NCBI RefSeq assembly: GCF_000020385.1 | Contig: NC_010814.1 | Span: 3,060,001-3,092,000, forward strand | Direction: 5' to 3' | Source of the DNA: Trichlorobacter lovleyi SZ | Lineage (GTDB): Bacteria > Desulfobacterota > Desulfuromonadia > Geobacterales > Pseudopelobacteraceae | DNA: 32,000 nt | Shown here: piece after piece, positions 8,637 to 15,995 of the stretch | Layout: each line of letters starts with the position of its first letter | Numbering within the stretch: the stretch's first letter is position 1 | Program-made: the position numbers and the translations under genes | The notes under the pieces: generated by a model | What the model was told of the DNA's origin: nothing | Database searches by the model: none | What the model saw: the letters and a program-made list of their open reading frames with translations, nothing else

Positions 8637-9427
8637 TGATCTGGCTTACTGGAGATCTACATGGGGGTGACTCCGCTTGGCACATTTCCTCATCCCGCTT
8701 CAAGGAAGGACAGCGGGGAGATGTTGTAATCTGTCTGGGGGATCTGGGCGGCGTCTGGTACCATGATTACCATACCAATGAAAAACACCGTCGCCGAGAA
8801 GACTTCTTTCTGGACTCACAACTTCGCAAACGCTTCCTCTGGTTAGCCGTTGACGGCAACCATGAAAACTTCGCCAGGCTGTTTGGTGACGAGTTTCCGC
8901 TGGTGGATATCTTCGGCGGCAGAGCCTATAAAATCAGAGAACACGTCTATTACCTGAAACGTGGCGATATCTTCACCATTGAAGGGCAGACATTTCTGGC
9001 CTTCGGCGGCGCAAGCAGCCATGACAGGTTTGGAGCAAAAGTCAGATCGCTGTCTTGGGGCAGAGGCTATGATTATACCCTACCTCGAAAAGAGGGGATC
9101 GACTGGTGGCCAGAAGAGCAAGCGAATCAGGAGGACTACGACAACGCCTGCAGGAATCTGGATGCAGTCGGCTGGAAGGTGGACCATGTGATCACTCACA
9201 CCTGCCCGGCAAGCATGAGGAGGCACTTTTTAGAGAGCAGCAACTCCAGAAAACCAGATCCAACAGAAGACATCCTGGAAAGCATATACAAACGGCTCAC
9301 TTTTAGAACGTGGCATCTTGGACACTTTCATATTGATAACCAGGTAGACTTGTTTGAGTGTCATTACAGCAGGGTAAAGCCGCTAACCTGGCATGAATCA
9401 GACAAAAAACAGGAGTTTGAGATTTGA
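8637..9427 (+). CDS. metallophosphoesterase family protein (second, different subfamily)
   Basis: MIWLTGDLHGG, ICLGDLGG, VDGNHENF, FGGASSHD and VITHTCP follow the Metallophos motif order. ATG at 8637 preceded by AAGGAAG; the tracked ORF start at 8522 is probably too far upstream. Confidence 0.8.
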
Positions 9428-9750
9428 CCTGCATCCACCAGGAAAAACCAGAAAAACAACAATCAATGGTCATGCAGCTGTTTGAACACTGGGCGATCAG
9501 CGAAGACGAACAGCGCGCCTTGTTAGGTCCTGAAACTGATCCACCAGACCAGCAGCAAGAACGGCTACAACTGCTACTCAGTATTCACGCATGGCTTCGC
9601 ACGTTATTTCCCTATAACCGAGACCTGGTTTACGCCTGGGTGACTATAGACAGTGCGGACTTTGGCTGCCGCCCCCTCGACATAATGGTGCGGGGCTTGG
9701 AAGGACTAAAGCGGATTGAGAAACACCTGCGGAACGTGACGGATAGATGA
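9424..9750 (+). CDS. DUF2384 (Xre/MbcA/ParS C-terminal domain)-like small protein
   Basis: LFEHWAISEDEQRALLGP...LLSIHAWLRTLFPYNRDLVYAWVTIDSADFGCRPLDIMVRGLEGLKRIEKHL. Paralogous to 10255-10665. TTG start overlaps the upstream TGA (ATTTGA), with AGGAG 9 nt upstream. Confidence 0.55.
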   Translation: MTCIHQEKPEKQQSMVMQLFEHWAISEDEQRALLGPETDPPDQQQERLQLLLSIHAWLRTLFPYNRDLVYAWVTIDSADFGCRPLDIMVRGLEGLKRIEKHLRNVTDR

Positions 9751-9759
9751 CCAAAGGAG

Positions 9760-9981
9760 ATGACTGTGAAACGCTCCAGGATAACGCTATTTGATCTTGA
9801 TGGGACACTTGCCAATTCTGACGGTCAGCTGCTCAAGGACCAGCAACGGATCGCTTCACCCAATGACTTGACTGAACCTGCGTATGACATCGCCGAGCTT
9901 ACCAGCAGGATGGCCAAGGAGAACAGACCTGACCCAGAGGATGTCGATTTTGGGGAACCTGTCGGGAAGGAAAAGCTGTGA
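9760..9981 (+). CDS. small ORF with MazE-like C-terminal segment (probable antitoxin remnant)
   Basis: C-terminus YDIAELTSRMAKENRPDPEDVDFGEPVGKEKL resembles, from memory, the MazE tail ...[29 protein letters not shown]. The N-terminal AbrB-fold part looks missing or degenerate. No mazF-like gene follows. Confidence 0.35.
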   Translation: MTVKRSRITLFDLDGTLANSDGQLLKDQQRIASPNDLTEPAYDIAELTSRMAKENRPDPEDVDFGEPVGKEKL

Positions 9982-10024
9982 GATTAGACGGGAGCCGTGA
10001 GACAAGTTGTTCGGAAATTCCGAA

Positions 10025-10126
10025 TCACTGGCGATTCCGTTTTTGGCGGTAGATGGCGTAGACAACACCGGCGCCCAAAACAAGCACCACAAACATAGAC
10101 CAAAGGAATGCTCCAAATGGTGTCAT
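10025..10126 (-). CDS. unannotated 33-aa single-TM protein with basic tail
   Basis: MTPFGAFLWSMFVVLVLGAGVVYAIYRQKRNRQ. Strong SD AAGGAGG 5 nt upstream of the ATG (reverse complement of 10124-10138). Confidence 0.4.
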   Translation of the reverse strand: MTPFGAFLWSMFVVLVLGAGVVYAIYRQKRNRQ

Positions 10127-10254
10127 GATATCCTCCTTGCTGGCGTTAAACCCGAATTATGATCTTTTATTCTGTAGACAATAATTTTATGGTTTTCAAA
10201 ATAAAAAACAATAATTCTGTAATAACAGCGTGTTGAGCCAAATTGAGGAGCCGT

Positions 10255-10665
10255 ATGCCCTGCCCGGCAACTGATCTTAATCGAAGTAAAGCCCTTCTTA
10301 AACTCGCCATCAACCTCTTTGGCAAATGGGAGCTGACGGAAACGGAGCGGCATGATTTGCTTGGTCCGGACGATGAATTAGAAGACCGTGCCGGCTGGCT
10401 GCTTTCGATCCACAAGGCGTTGCGGCTGCTTTATCAGGAAAACCTTGAGATCTGCTACTCTTGGGTAAAAAGACGCAACCAGGTATTTGACAACCAGACA
10501 CCGCTTCAAGTCATGCTGCACTCCGGGATCCCAGGGATGAAGGCCGTAGCGTTCCACTTGGACAGCCGGATCTTTGACTGCGGGTCAGGCAAGCCACGTG
10601 AAGGATGGGAAAAGGCTTTTAAAGCCATGCATGCTGCGGGTGAGGATGAGTTGCTTCTCCCGTGA
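10255..10665 (+). CDS. DUF2384-like protein with MazE/AbrB-antitoxin-like C-terminal tail
   Basis: LFGKWELTETERHDLLGP...LLSIHKALRLLYQENLEICYSWVKRRNQVFDNQTPLQVMLHSGIPGMKAVAFHL aligns with 9424-9750. The tail KPREGWEKAFKAMHAAGEDELLLP resembles the mid region of AbrB/MazE-type antitoxins. ATG at 10255 follows GAGGAG. Confidence 0.55.
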   Translation: MPCPATDLNRSKALLKLAINLFGKWELTETERHDLLGPDDELEDRAGWLLSIHKALRLLYQENLEICYSWVKRRNQVFDNQTPLQVMLHSGIPGMKAVAFHLDSRIFDCGSGKPREGWEKAFKAMHAAGEDELLLP

Positions 10666-10672
10666 TAGACAA

Positions 10673-10736
10673 TTTATAGCAATTTATACGGTATTATACG
10701 GTTTTGACGCTATAACACCGTATAAATTGCTATAAA
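10673..10736. repeat. perfect 20-bp inverted repeat with internal TTATA(G/C) iterations
   Basis: TTTATAGCAATTTATACGGT (10673-10692) and its exact reverse complement ACCGTATAAATTGCTATAAA (10717-10736), with a 24-nt spacer. TATACGGT occurs at 10685 and 10695, and inverted at 10717. TTATAGC occurs at 10674, and inverted at 10709 and 10730. Confidence 0.9.
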
Positions 10737-10992
10737 CATCGAATGCATCAACACAACTGTTCAATTTAATAGTTTTTTTCGTACAAAATACAAATCATGA
10801 GATGTGTACCGAAAAGCATGATTCACCATCCTGTCTGTTAAGGGTTGGAGACAAAAACGCCAAACCGAAACAACCATGTAAATCACGGAATGAAACTCCC
10901 GAATTGTAAGGTTAAAGTCTCTCCGGGATCGACCGTGTGTAGTGGGTGAACTGGGGTTGGGATGGGGGAAAACAGCAGTTAATAAGTTTTAC

Positions 10993-11109
10993 TTAATAAC
11001 TGCCACGAGGTTTTCTTGACGCCTTTCTCCTTGTGGCGACAGCGTCGATAATGATCACTACAAGAGCCACTAGGCCGATCGTTGTAATTAATATCGTCTG
11101 CGGTAGCAT
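10993..11109 (-). CDS. unannotated 38-aa single-TM protein with basic tail
   Basis: MLPQTILITTIGLVALVVIIIDAVATRRKASRKPRGSY. GGGAGA lies 6 nt upstream of the ATG. Confidence 0.35.
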   Translation of the reverse strand: MLPQTILITTIGLVALVVIIIDAVATRRKASRKPRGSY

Positions 11110-11206
11110 AGTACGTCTCCCATTTACTTTATTGTATCAAGTTTAGAGTCGATGGCGTGGCGTGTCAACACAAAGGGCAAGAGCCAGGACGTGATACTTA
11201 GGAGCC

Positions 11207-11626
11207 TTGAGGCACCCCTTGAAACTTCGCAACCACGTCATTCTCGCTACCTGCATCGTGTATTCTGTAACCGGAAACGTGATCGGGGCCTGTGCTGCTG
11301 CAGCCGGCTCACTACTTCCTGCAGCGGTCGGGAAGAAGTATCGGTACAGCCATTTTATCTGGCCGTGGGTTCTGGTTACTGGCTTAGCCTGGTACCTGCT
11401 CACGGCAGTTGAATACCGGTCTCTTCCGCTGTACATTGCTTTCTTCCTGCTCAGTGGCGCGGTCTTGCACATACTGACCGATATTTTGAGTTATGCTGGC
11501 ATTCCCGCACTGTCACCGGAGGGCGAAAAACATGCCCTCGCCTTGTATACACGAAAGGGGAGAACACTATGTCATCCGTCTTGGTCGAACTTACGTCTGA
11601 AATCGTTGCCGCCCATGCCTCTGTGA
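11207..11626 (+). CDS. YdjM/DUF457-like inner-membrane protein (divergent)
   Basis: Hydrophobic protein. HILTDILSYAGIPALSP matches, from memory, the YdjM motif HILADMLTPAGVPLLWP, but the central His-rich motif is not evident. Only a TTG start is available. Confidence 0.45.
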   Translation: MRHPLKLRNHVILATCIVYSVTGNVIGACAAAAGSLLPAAVGKKYRYSHFIWPWVLVTGLAWYLLTAVEYRSLPLYIAFFLLSGAVLHILTDILSYAGIPALSPEGEKHALALYTRKGRTLCHPSWSNLRLKSLPPMPL

Positions 11627-12051
11627 ATGAAATGACTTCTGAACAGATGCTGTCATTGATTCAGAAGGTCCACGGCCTGCTGAAAAGCTTGGAAGAGGGA
11701 GGCTCACCGGAAGTTGAGGCTAAACCGGCCGTGACACTCCAACCCAAGAAGTCCATCCAGAAGGATCAGGTGGTTTGCCTGATCTGTGGCAAGGGCGGCT
11801 TTAAAACCCTGACACGTCACCTCAAGCAGGTGCATGACATGAAGCCTGGTCAATACCGGAAGCAGTTCGGCCTCCCGGCAGGTACCGCTCTGGTTGCCAA
11901 GAACTACTCAGAAGCCCGCCGTGCCTCTGCCATCGAACGCAATCTGGCTGGTAACCTTGAAAAGGCCCGTGCTGCCCGCAAGGCCAAGGCAAAACCTGCA
12001 AAGCCTGTTCCAGCCAAGCTTAAGGTCGTGAAACCGGCAAAATCGAAGTAA
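11569..12051 (+). CDS. MucR/Ros-family zinc-finger transcriptional regulator
   Basis: VVCLICGKGGFKTLTRHLKQVHDMKPGQYRKQFGLPAGTALVAKNYSEARR is the ROS/MUCR C2H2-type core, followed by a Lys/Ala/Pro-rich tail. SD AGGGGAG upstream of the ATG. Confidence 0.85.
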   Translation: MSSVLVELTSEIVAAHASVNEMTSEQMLSLIQKVHGLLKSLEEGGSPEVEAKPAVTLQPKKSIQKDQVVCLICGKGGFKTLTRHLKQVHDMKPGQYRKQFGLPAGTALVAKNYSEARRASAIERNLAGNLEKARAARKAKAKPAKPVPAKLKVVKPAKSK

Positions 12052-12167
12052 TGGCAAAAGTTCACTTGGCACATCAGGAGCGCTTGGCCGATATGCAGGC
12101 CTTTGGGAAAGATGTCGGCAAGCGCGCCAGCTTTAAGTGCGAATGGTGTGAGGGGAGGGAGAACTTA
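12051..12167 (+). pseudogene. small ORF (MAKVHLAHQERLADMQAFGKDVGKRASFKCEWCEGRENL) interrupted by IS21 copy B
   Basis: ATG overlaps the mucR-like stop (TAATG). The reading frame runs straight into the IS left terminal repeat at 12168. Function not recognised. Confidence 0.35.
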
Positions 12168-12227
12168 TGTCAATCGGCATTGAAAATTGACCCACCATCG
12201 GCGTCCAAAATTGACCCACCCCAGCGG

Positions 12228-12998
12228 TTAGTTTTTGTGTGAATTTCTGGTTTTGATTCTCCAGCTTTCATTCCCTGTTTCTACAATCTCGCAGTGATGG
12301 GTAACCCGATCCAGAAGGGCCGTGGTCATCTTGCCGTCCCCGAACACCTGTGGCCATTCACTGAAGGGAAGATTAGTCGTAATGATGAGCGGCGTTCTTT
12401 CGTAAAGCTTTGAGATCAGGTGAAATAACAACTGGCCGCCTGCCTTTGAGAACGGTAGGTAGCCCAGTTCATCCAGCACCACGAGGTCGAGTCGGGCCAG
12501 GCTTTCTGCCAGTTTCCCTCCTTTCCCGGCAAGTTTTTCTTGTTCCAGCTGATTAACCAGATCGAGCAGATTGAAGAACCGGCCACGCTTGCCGTTTCTG
12601 ACGGCCTGCCGGGCGATGGCGATTGCCAGGTGCGTCTTGCCGCTTCCAGTGCCCCCCACCAAGATGATGTTGCTCTTTTGGGCCAGAAAGCTGCCTTCGT
12701 AAAGGGTTCTGATCTGCTGTTCATTGACCGGAGATTCAGTGAACTCGAAATGGTCCAGATCCTTTTCCACAGGGAACTTTGCGAGCCCCATGCGATAGCG
12801 GATACTGCGGATTCTGCGTTCGGCCATTTCAGCTTCCAAGAGGTCGAGCAGTATCTTCTCCGGCGTTGCCCGCTGTTTGATGCCGGTGGCAATCAGTTCG
12901 TCGAAGGTACCCTTCATGCCGTACAGGCCAAGTTTGCCCATGGCAGACAAGAGTCTCTCACGCAGTAGCATGGGTGCCTCCGAGAAGCAGCAGGTCAT
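12228..12998 (-). CDS. istB: IS21-family helper ATPase IstB
   Basis: 256 aa with Walker [10 protein letters not shown] and Walker [10 protein letters not shown]. Overlaps the istA 3' end. An alternative internal ATG exists at 12971. Confidence 0.93.
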   Translation of the reverse strand: MTCCFSEAPMLLRERLLSAMGKLGLYGMKGTFDELIATGIKQRATPEKILLDLLEAEMAERRIRSIRYRMGLAKFPVEKDLDHFEFTESPVNEQQIRTLYEGSFLAQKSNIILVGGTGSGKTHLAIAIARQAVRNGKRGRFFNLLDLVNQLEQEKLAGKGGKLAESLARLDLVVLDELGYLPFSKAGGQLLFHLISKLYERTPLIITTNLPFSEWPQVFGDGKMTTALLDRVTHHCEIVETGNESWRIKTRNSHKN

Positions 12999-14469
12999 AC
13001 CGTGTGCAATCCGCGAGGGGCAACATGGTGATTACCGGTAAGTGTGCTGCTGGCGCTGACTCTGGTGGCGGCTCTTCATGGGTTCTGGAAAGCAGGTTGA
13101 GCACCACGTCACGACTGACCGTATTGGCGGCCAGCACATCGGCGCAGGCCTTGGTCACGGCCTCAATGCCATAGAGCGGGACAACGGACAGAATACCGAC
13201 AAACTGCCGGTCGCCGTCATGGTGCCGGGCAAGGGCAATCCGCACCAGTTCAACCGGTTCAGGCAGATTCCATTCTTTGAATGGGGCCCCATTCCGCAAT
13301 GCCCCCGGTTTCTTTTTCAAGACTTCCAGGTAATGCCAGGGGTCAAAGAGCACCTCACCTCGACCAAAACGACGGCGGTGAATGCCGACGGTCCTGCCAT
13401 CCTGCACAAAGGTCAGATGGTCGGCGTAGGCTCGCACCGTGACCGGATTGCCAACAGCCGACACATGCACGCTGTAGCTGTTACGGTCAAAGGCGACCAA
13501 GGCGGTTGAGGAAACTTTGGCATCGTTCTCACAATAACCGTCAAAAGGAACCATCGCCGTCAACAGATGGCGGCGTTCTTCCTTGAAAGCATCACTGATC
13601 GTCAACAATGGCGTATCAGGATGCTTGTGACTAGCGGCATAGGATAAACACTGATCACAGAGCCATTCGTTCAGCTCGTCAAGATCGGCGAACTTGCGCC
13701 GGGTGGCAAAGAAGCGTTTACGTACCAAGCCCACCTGGTTCTCGACTTGCCCCTTCTCCCATCCGGCCGCCGGGGTGCATGCCACCGGTTCGAACAGGTA
13801 GTGGGAGGCCAGAAGCTGAAACCGTCTATTGAAGACCCGCTCTTTGCCCATCAGTACCTTGGTAACCACGGTCTTCAGGTTGTCGTAGATGCCGCGGCGG
13901 CAAGTTCCGCCAAAGAAGTTGAACGCCTTGATGTGGGCATCCAGGACCATCTCCAGGGTTTCCCGCGTATAGGCGATGCAAAACGGCATGCGGCTGTTGC
14001 AGAGCCGGAACTGGGCAACCTTGATCTTGACGTTGACACCACCAAGCTCAATCTGCTCGTAACTCCAGTCAAACTGGAACGCTTCGCCCGGATCAAAGGA
14101 CAAGGGGATGAAGGCGACAGATCCCCCGGCTGACTCCTTGCGCTGCAGCTGAATGAAACGCCGGACGCTGTCGTAGCCGCCGGTGAACCCTTCCCGTTGC
14201 AATTGCTCGAACAAAAGCTGCGCACTGCGGCGATGACGGATCGGCTTTGCGGTGTCTTCAGCAAGCAAGTCCTTCAGGCGCCCTTCATACTGACTCAGCT
14301 TCGGACGTGGCTGCTCGCTACGCTGGTAAACCTGCTCGGTTACGTCACTTCTGATGATTTTCTTGACGGTATTCTTGGAAACATGAAACTCACGGGCAAT
14401 CTGCCTGATCGGTTTCTTGTCACGGTGGTAGGCCTGGCGAATCTTACGGATGGATTCCACTATCAGCAT
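12958..14469 (-). CDS. istA: IS21-family transposase IstA
   Basis: 503-aa ORF collinear with 566-2080. N-terminal HTH, DDE core. Confidence 0.95.
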   Translation of the reverse strand: MLIVESIRKIRQAYHRDKKPIRQIAREFHVSKNTVKKIIRSDVTEQVYQRSEQPRPKLSQYEGRLKDLLAEDTAKPIRHRRSAQLLFEQLQREGFTGGYDSVRRFIQLQRKESAGGSVAFIPLSFDPGEAFQFDWSYEQIELGGVNVKIKVAQFRLCNSRMPFCIAYTRETLEMVLDAHIKAFNFFGGTCRRGIYDNLKTVVTKVLMGKERVFNRRFQLLASHYLFEPVACTPAAGWEKGQVENQVGLVRKRFFATRRKFADLDELNEWLCDQCLSYAASHKHPDTPLLTISDAFKEERRHLLTAMVPFDGYCENDAKVSSTALVAFDRNSYSVHVSAVGNPVTVRAYADHLTFVQDGRTVGIHRRRFGRGEVLFDPWHYLEVLKKKPGALRNGAPFKEWNLPEPVELVRIALARHHDGDRQFVGILSVVPLYGIEAVTKACADVLAANTVSRDVVLNLLSRTHEEPPPESAPAAHLPVITMLPLADCTRYDLLLLGGTHATA

Positions 14470-14587
14470 CTCCTTTCATGCTCCTCTCTCTGGACAATTC
14501 CAGAGAGCATGGAGGAAGTGCTGGGGTGGGTCAATTTTGGACGCCGATTACCACCGAAAGTGGGTCAATATTGCACGCCGATTCACA

Positions 14588-14830
14588 GGTCATGCAAGAG
14601 AATGGTTAGCAGGCTTTGTTCAATGGTATAACACCGAACATCTGCATTCAGCAATTGGTCATGTAACACCAAAGCAGTTGCGAACAGGGGAAGCTAAGCA
14701 GATTTTTGAACGCAGGAACATTGTCATGGAGCAAGCCAGGAAGAGTTCCCCCGAGCGTTGGGGGAGAAGAAACATGAAAGTATGGGGATCGCCACAAATG
14801 GTTGTGCTGAACCCGCAAAAAAAGAGTTAA
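14588..14830 (+). pseudogene. C-terminal fragment of an rve (DDE integrase-core) transposase, IS3-family-like
   Basis: EWLAGFVQWYNTEHLHSAIGHVTPKQLR...SPERWGRRNMKVWGSPQMVVLNPQKK is the typical end of rve-domain transposases. The upstream part of the tracked ORF (14450-14587) is IS21 terminal sequence, so the 5' portion is missing. Confidence 0.7.
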
Positions 14831-14857
14831 TCTTTTGTAAAACAGGCGACATCTTTG

Positions 14858-14886
14858 TTGACATTAACCGGGGCTTTTGCTACTTT
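14858..14886 (+). promoter_or_regulatory. candidate sigma70-type promoter upstream of the rdh cluster
   Basis: TTGACA (14858-14863), 17-nt spacer, TACTTT (14881-14886). The -35 is perfect and the -10 is weak. Purely a sequence-pattern call. Confidence 0.25.
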
Positions 14887-15055
14887 TTTCAGGAGTTCTT
14901 TATGCGGGATATCTGGCCCTGTTTTAACTAGCTGTTTTTATGGGGAAAACCCAGTGCCATAATGCTGGTACGTTAATTGCTAGCCTTTGTGGTGAAATAA
15001 TTAATCACGAAGGTATGGTGGTAAATTAATTAAATGAAAGGGCTTGGGTGGAGTT

Positions 15056-15991
15056 ATGGACATCAAATTAGGTAAATATACAAAGTTAGGATATCAAAAG
15101 CCTAATATAGAAGTATTTGACGAAGAATATCAGGTAGCTCTCGACAATATTAGGAACTCACTTACTAAATGGAATGACAGTAATGAATTAACTGAATTTG
15201 GAGATAGAATTACAGTCAACTATTCTATCACTCGTGGTGAGAAATGTATCCAAGGCGGGCAAGAAAATAATATTACTTTTGTAGTTGGAGGAGATGAAAG
15301 TATTGAGGGGCTAGAATGTAATATGGTTGGTTTTAAAAAAGGAGAACGCTACTTTCTTGAGGGGAACTTGCCGCAAGAAGATAGTAAGTGCGAACAGTTC
15401 CAGGAGAGGAAAGTAATATTCGAAGTTGAAATAGTTAGGATTGAGAAATTAAATCATCCCGAAACACTTGATGAAGTTCTAGAACTTATTGATGACAAGG
15501 AGTTAAGAACGGCATCTCAGTTTGAAGATGAGTTGAAAGAGGAAATATATTATCACAAATATAAGATTGAGTTAAGTACGTTGGTCGATAATATATTAGA
15601 TGCTGTAGTAAGTAATTCAGAAATAATTAGTGATGAAAGTTATATTAAGAAAAAAGTTACGGAAATGTATAATCAATTTATTGATAGGTTGGAACAAGAA
15701 GATGTGCCAATTGAAATTTACTATTCCCAGCATGAAATTTCACCAGAAGATTATAAAGTTGAGTTTCTCAAGCGTGCAGAAAAAGAAATGGTACTGCAAG
15801 CTGTTTTAAATGAAATAAGTCGAGTTGAGAATATAACAGTTGATGAAAAAGATTATTTGTTGAAAAAATATAAGTATTTATACGAGAACAACGTAAATGA
15901 AAGTGATATTGACTGTGACGGGGAATTTAAAAATGACATGATTCGTAATGAAACCATAAAGTTTTTGATTCACGCTAATACGGAGGCTTGA
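15056..15991 (+). CDS. rdhT: trigger-factor-like chaperone lacking the ribosome-binding N-domain (RdhT/PceT type)
   Basis: Aligns by eye with the PPIase-like and C-terminal domains of trigger factor (DRITVNYSITRGEKCIQGG...FVVGGDESIEGLECNMVGFKKGE...FEVEIVRIEKLNHPETLDE). First gene of the rdh cluster, as for PceT-type chaperones. ATG at 15056. Confidence 0.72.
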   Translation: MDIKLGKYTKLGYQKPNIEVFDEEYQVALDNIRNSLTKWNDSNELTEFGDRITVNYSITRGEKCIQGGQENNITFVVGGDESIEGLECNMVGFKKGERYFLEGNLPQEDSKCEQFQERKVIFEVEIVRIEKLNHPETLDEVLELIDDKELRTASQFEDELKEEIYYHKYKIELSTLVDNILDAVVSNSEIISDESYIKKKVTEMYNQFIDRLEQEDVPIEIYYSQHEISPEDYKVEFLKRAEKEMVLQAVLNEISRVENITVDEKDYLLKKYKYLYENNVNESDIDCDGEFKNDMIRNETIKFLIHANTEA

Positions 15992-15995
15992 GGTT

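Larger units (their letters stand above)
12168..14587 (-). mobile_element. IS21-family insertion sequence, copy B (complete, 2420 bp)
   Basis: Ends TGTCAATCGGCATTGAAAATTGACCCAC (12168-) and GTGGGTCAATATTGCACGCCGATTCACA (-14587) are inverted repeats. Each is doubled by an inner repeat (12197-12219; 14526-14550). Contains intact istA and istB. Confidence 0.9.

Noticed and set aside
9790-9810. FDLDGTL resembling HAD-phosphatase motif I in the 73-aa ORF
   Set aside because: The ORF is far too short for a HAD fold and lacks motifs II-IV. The segment aligns better with the degenerate beta-strand region of a MazE-type antitoxin (IDLVDGKL-like).
10944-10968. G-quadruplex-type motif GGGtgaactGGGGttGGGatGGGGG
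   Set aside because: It is a single occurrence in a non-coding stretch with no supporting context, and could arise by chance. Noted only as a possible structural element.
14902-14931. 9-codon ORF (MRDIWPCFN) with AGGAG 6 nt upstream, ahead of rdhT
   Set aside because: It is too short to evaluate, with no attenuator-like structure downstream. It may be the remnant start of a lost gene at the island border.
14942-14972. Possible cobalamin riboswitch fragment (GGGGAAAACCCAGTGCC...GCTGG) upstream of the rdh cluster
   Set aside because: It only loosely resembles the GGGAA...GGTG core. No B12-box (AGYCMGGAGACCKGCC-like) or matching paired regions are found nearby.
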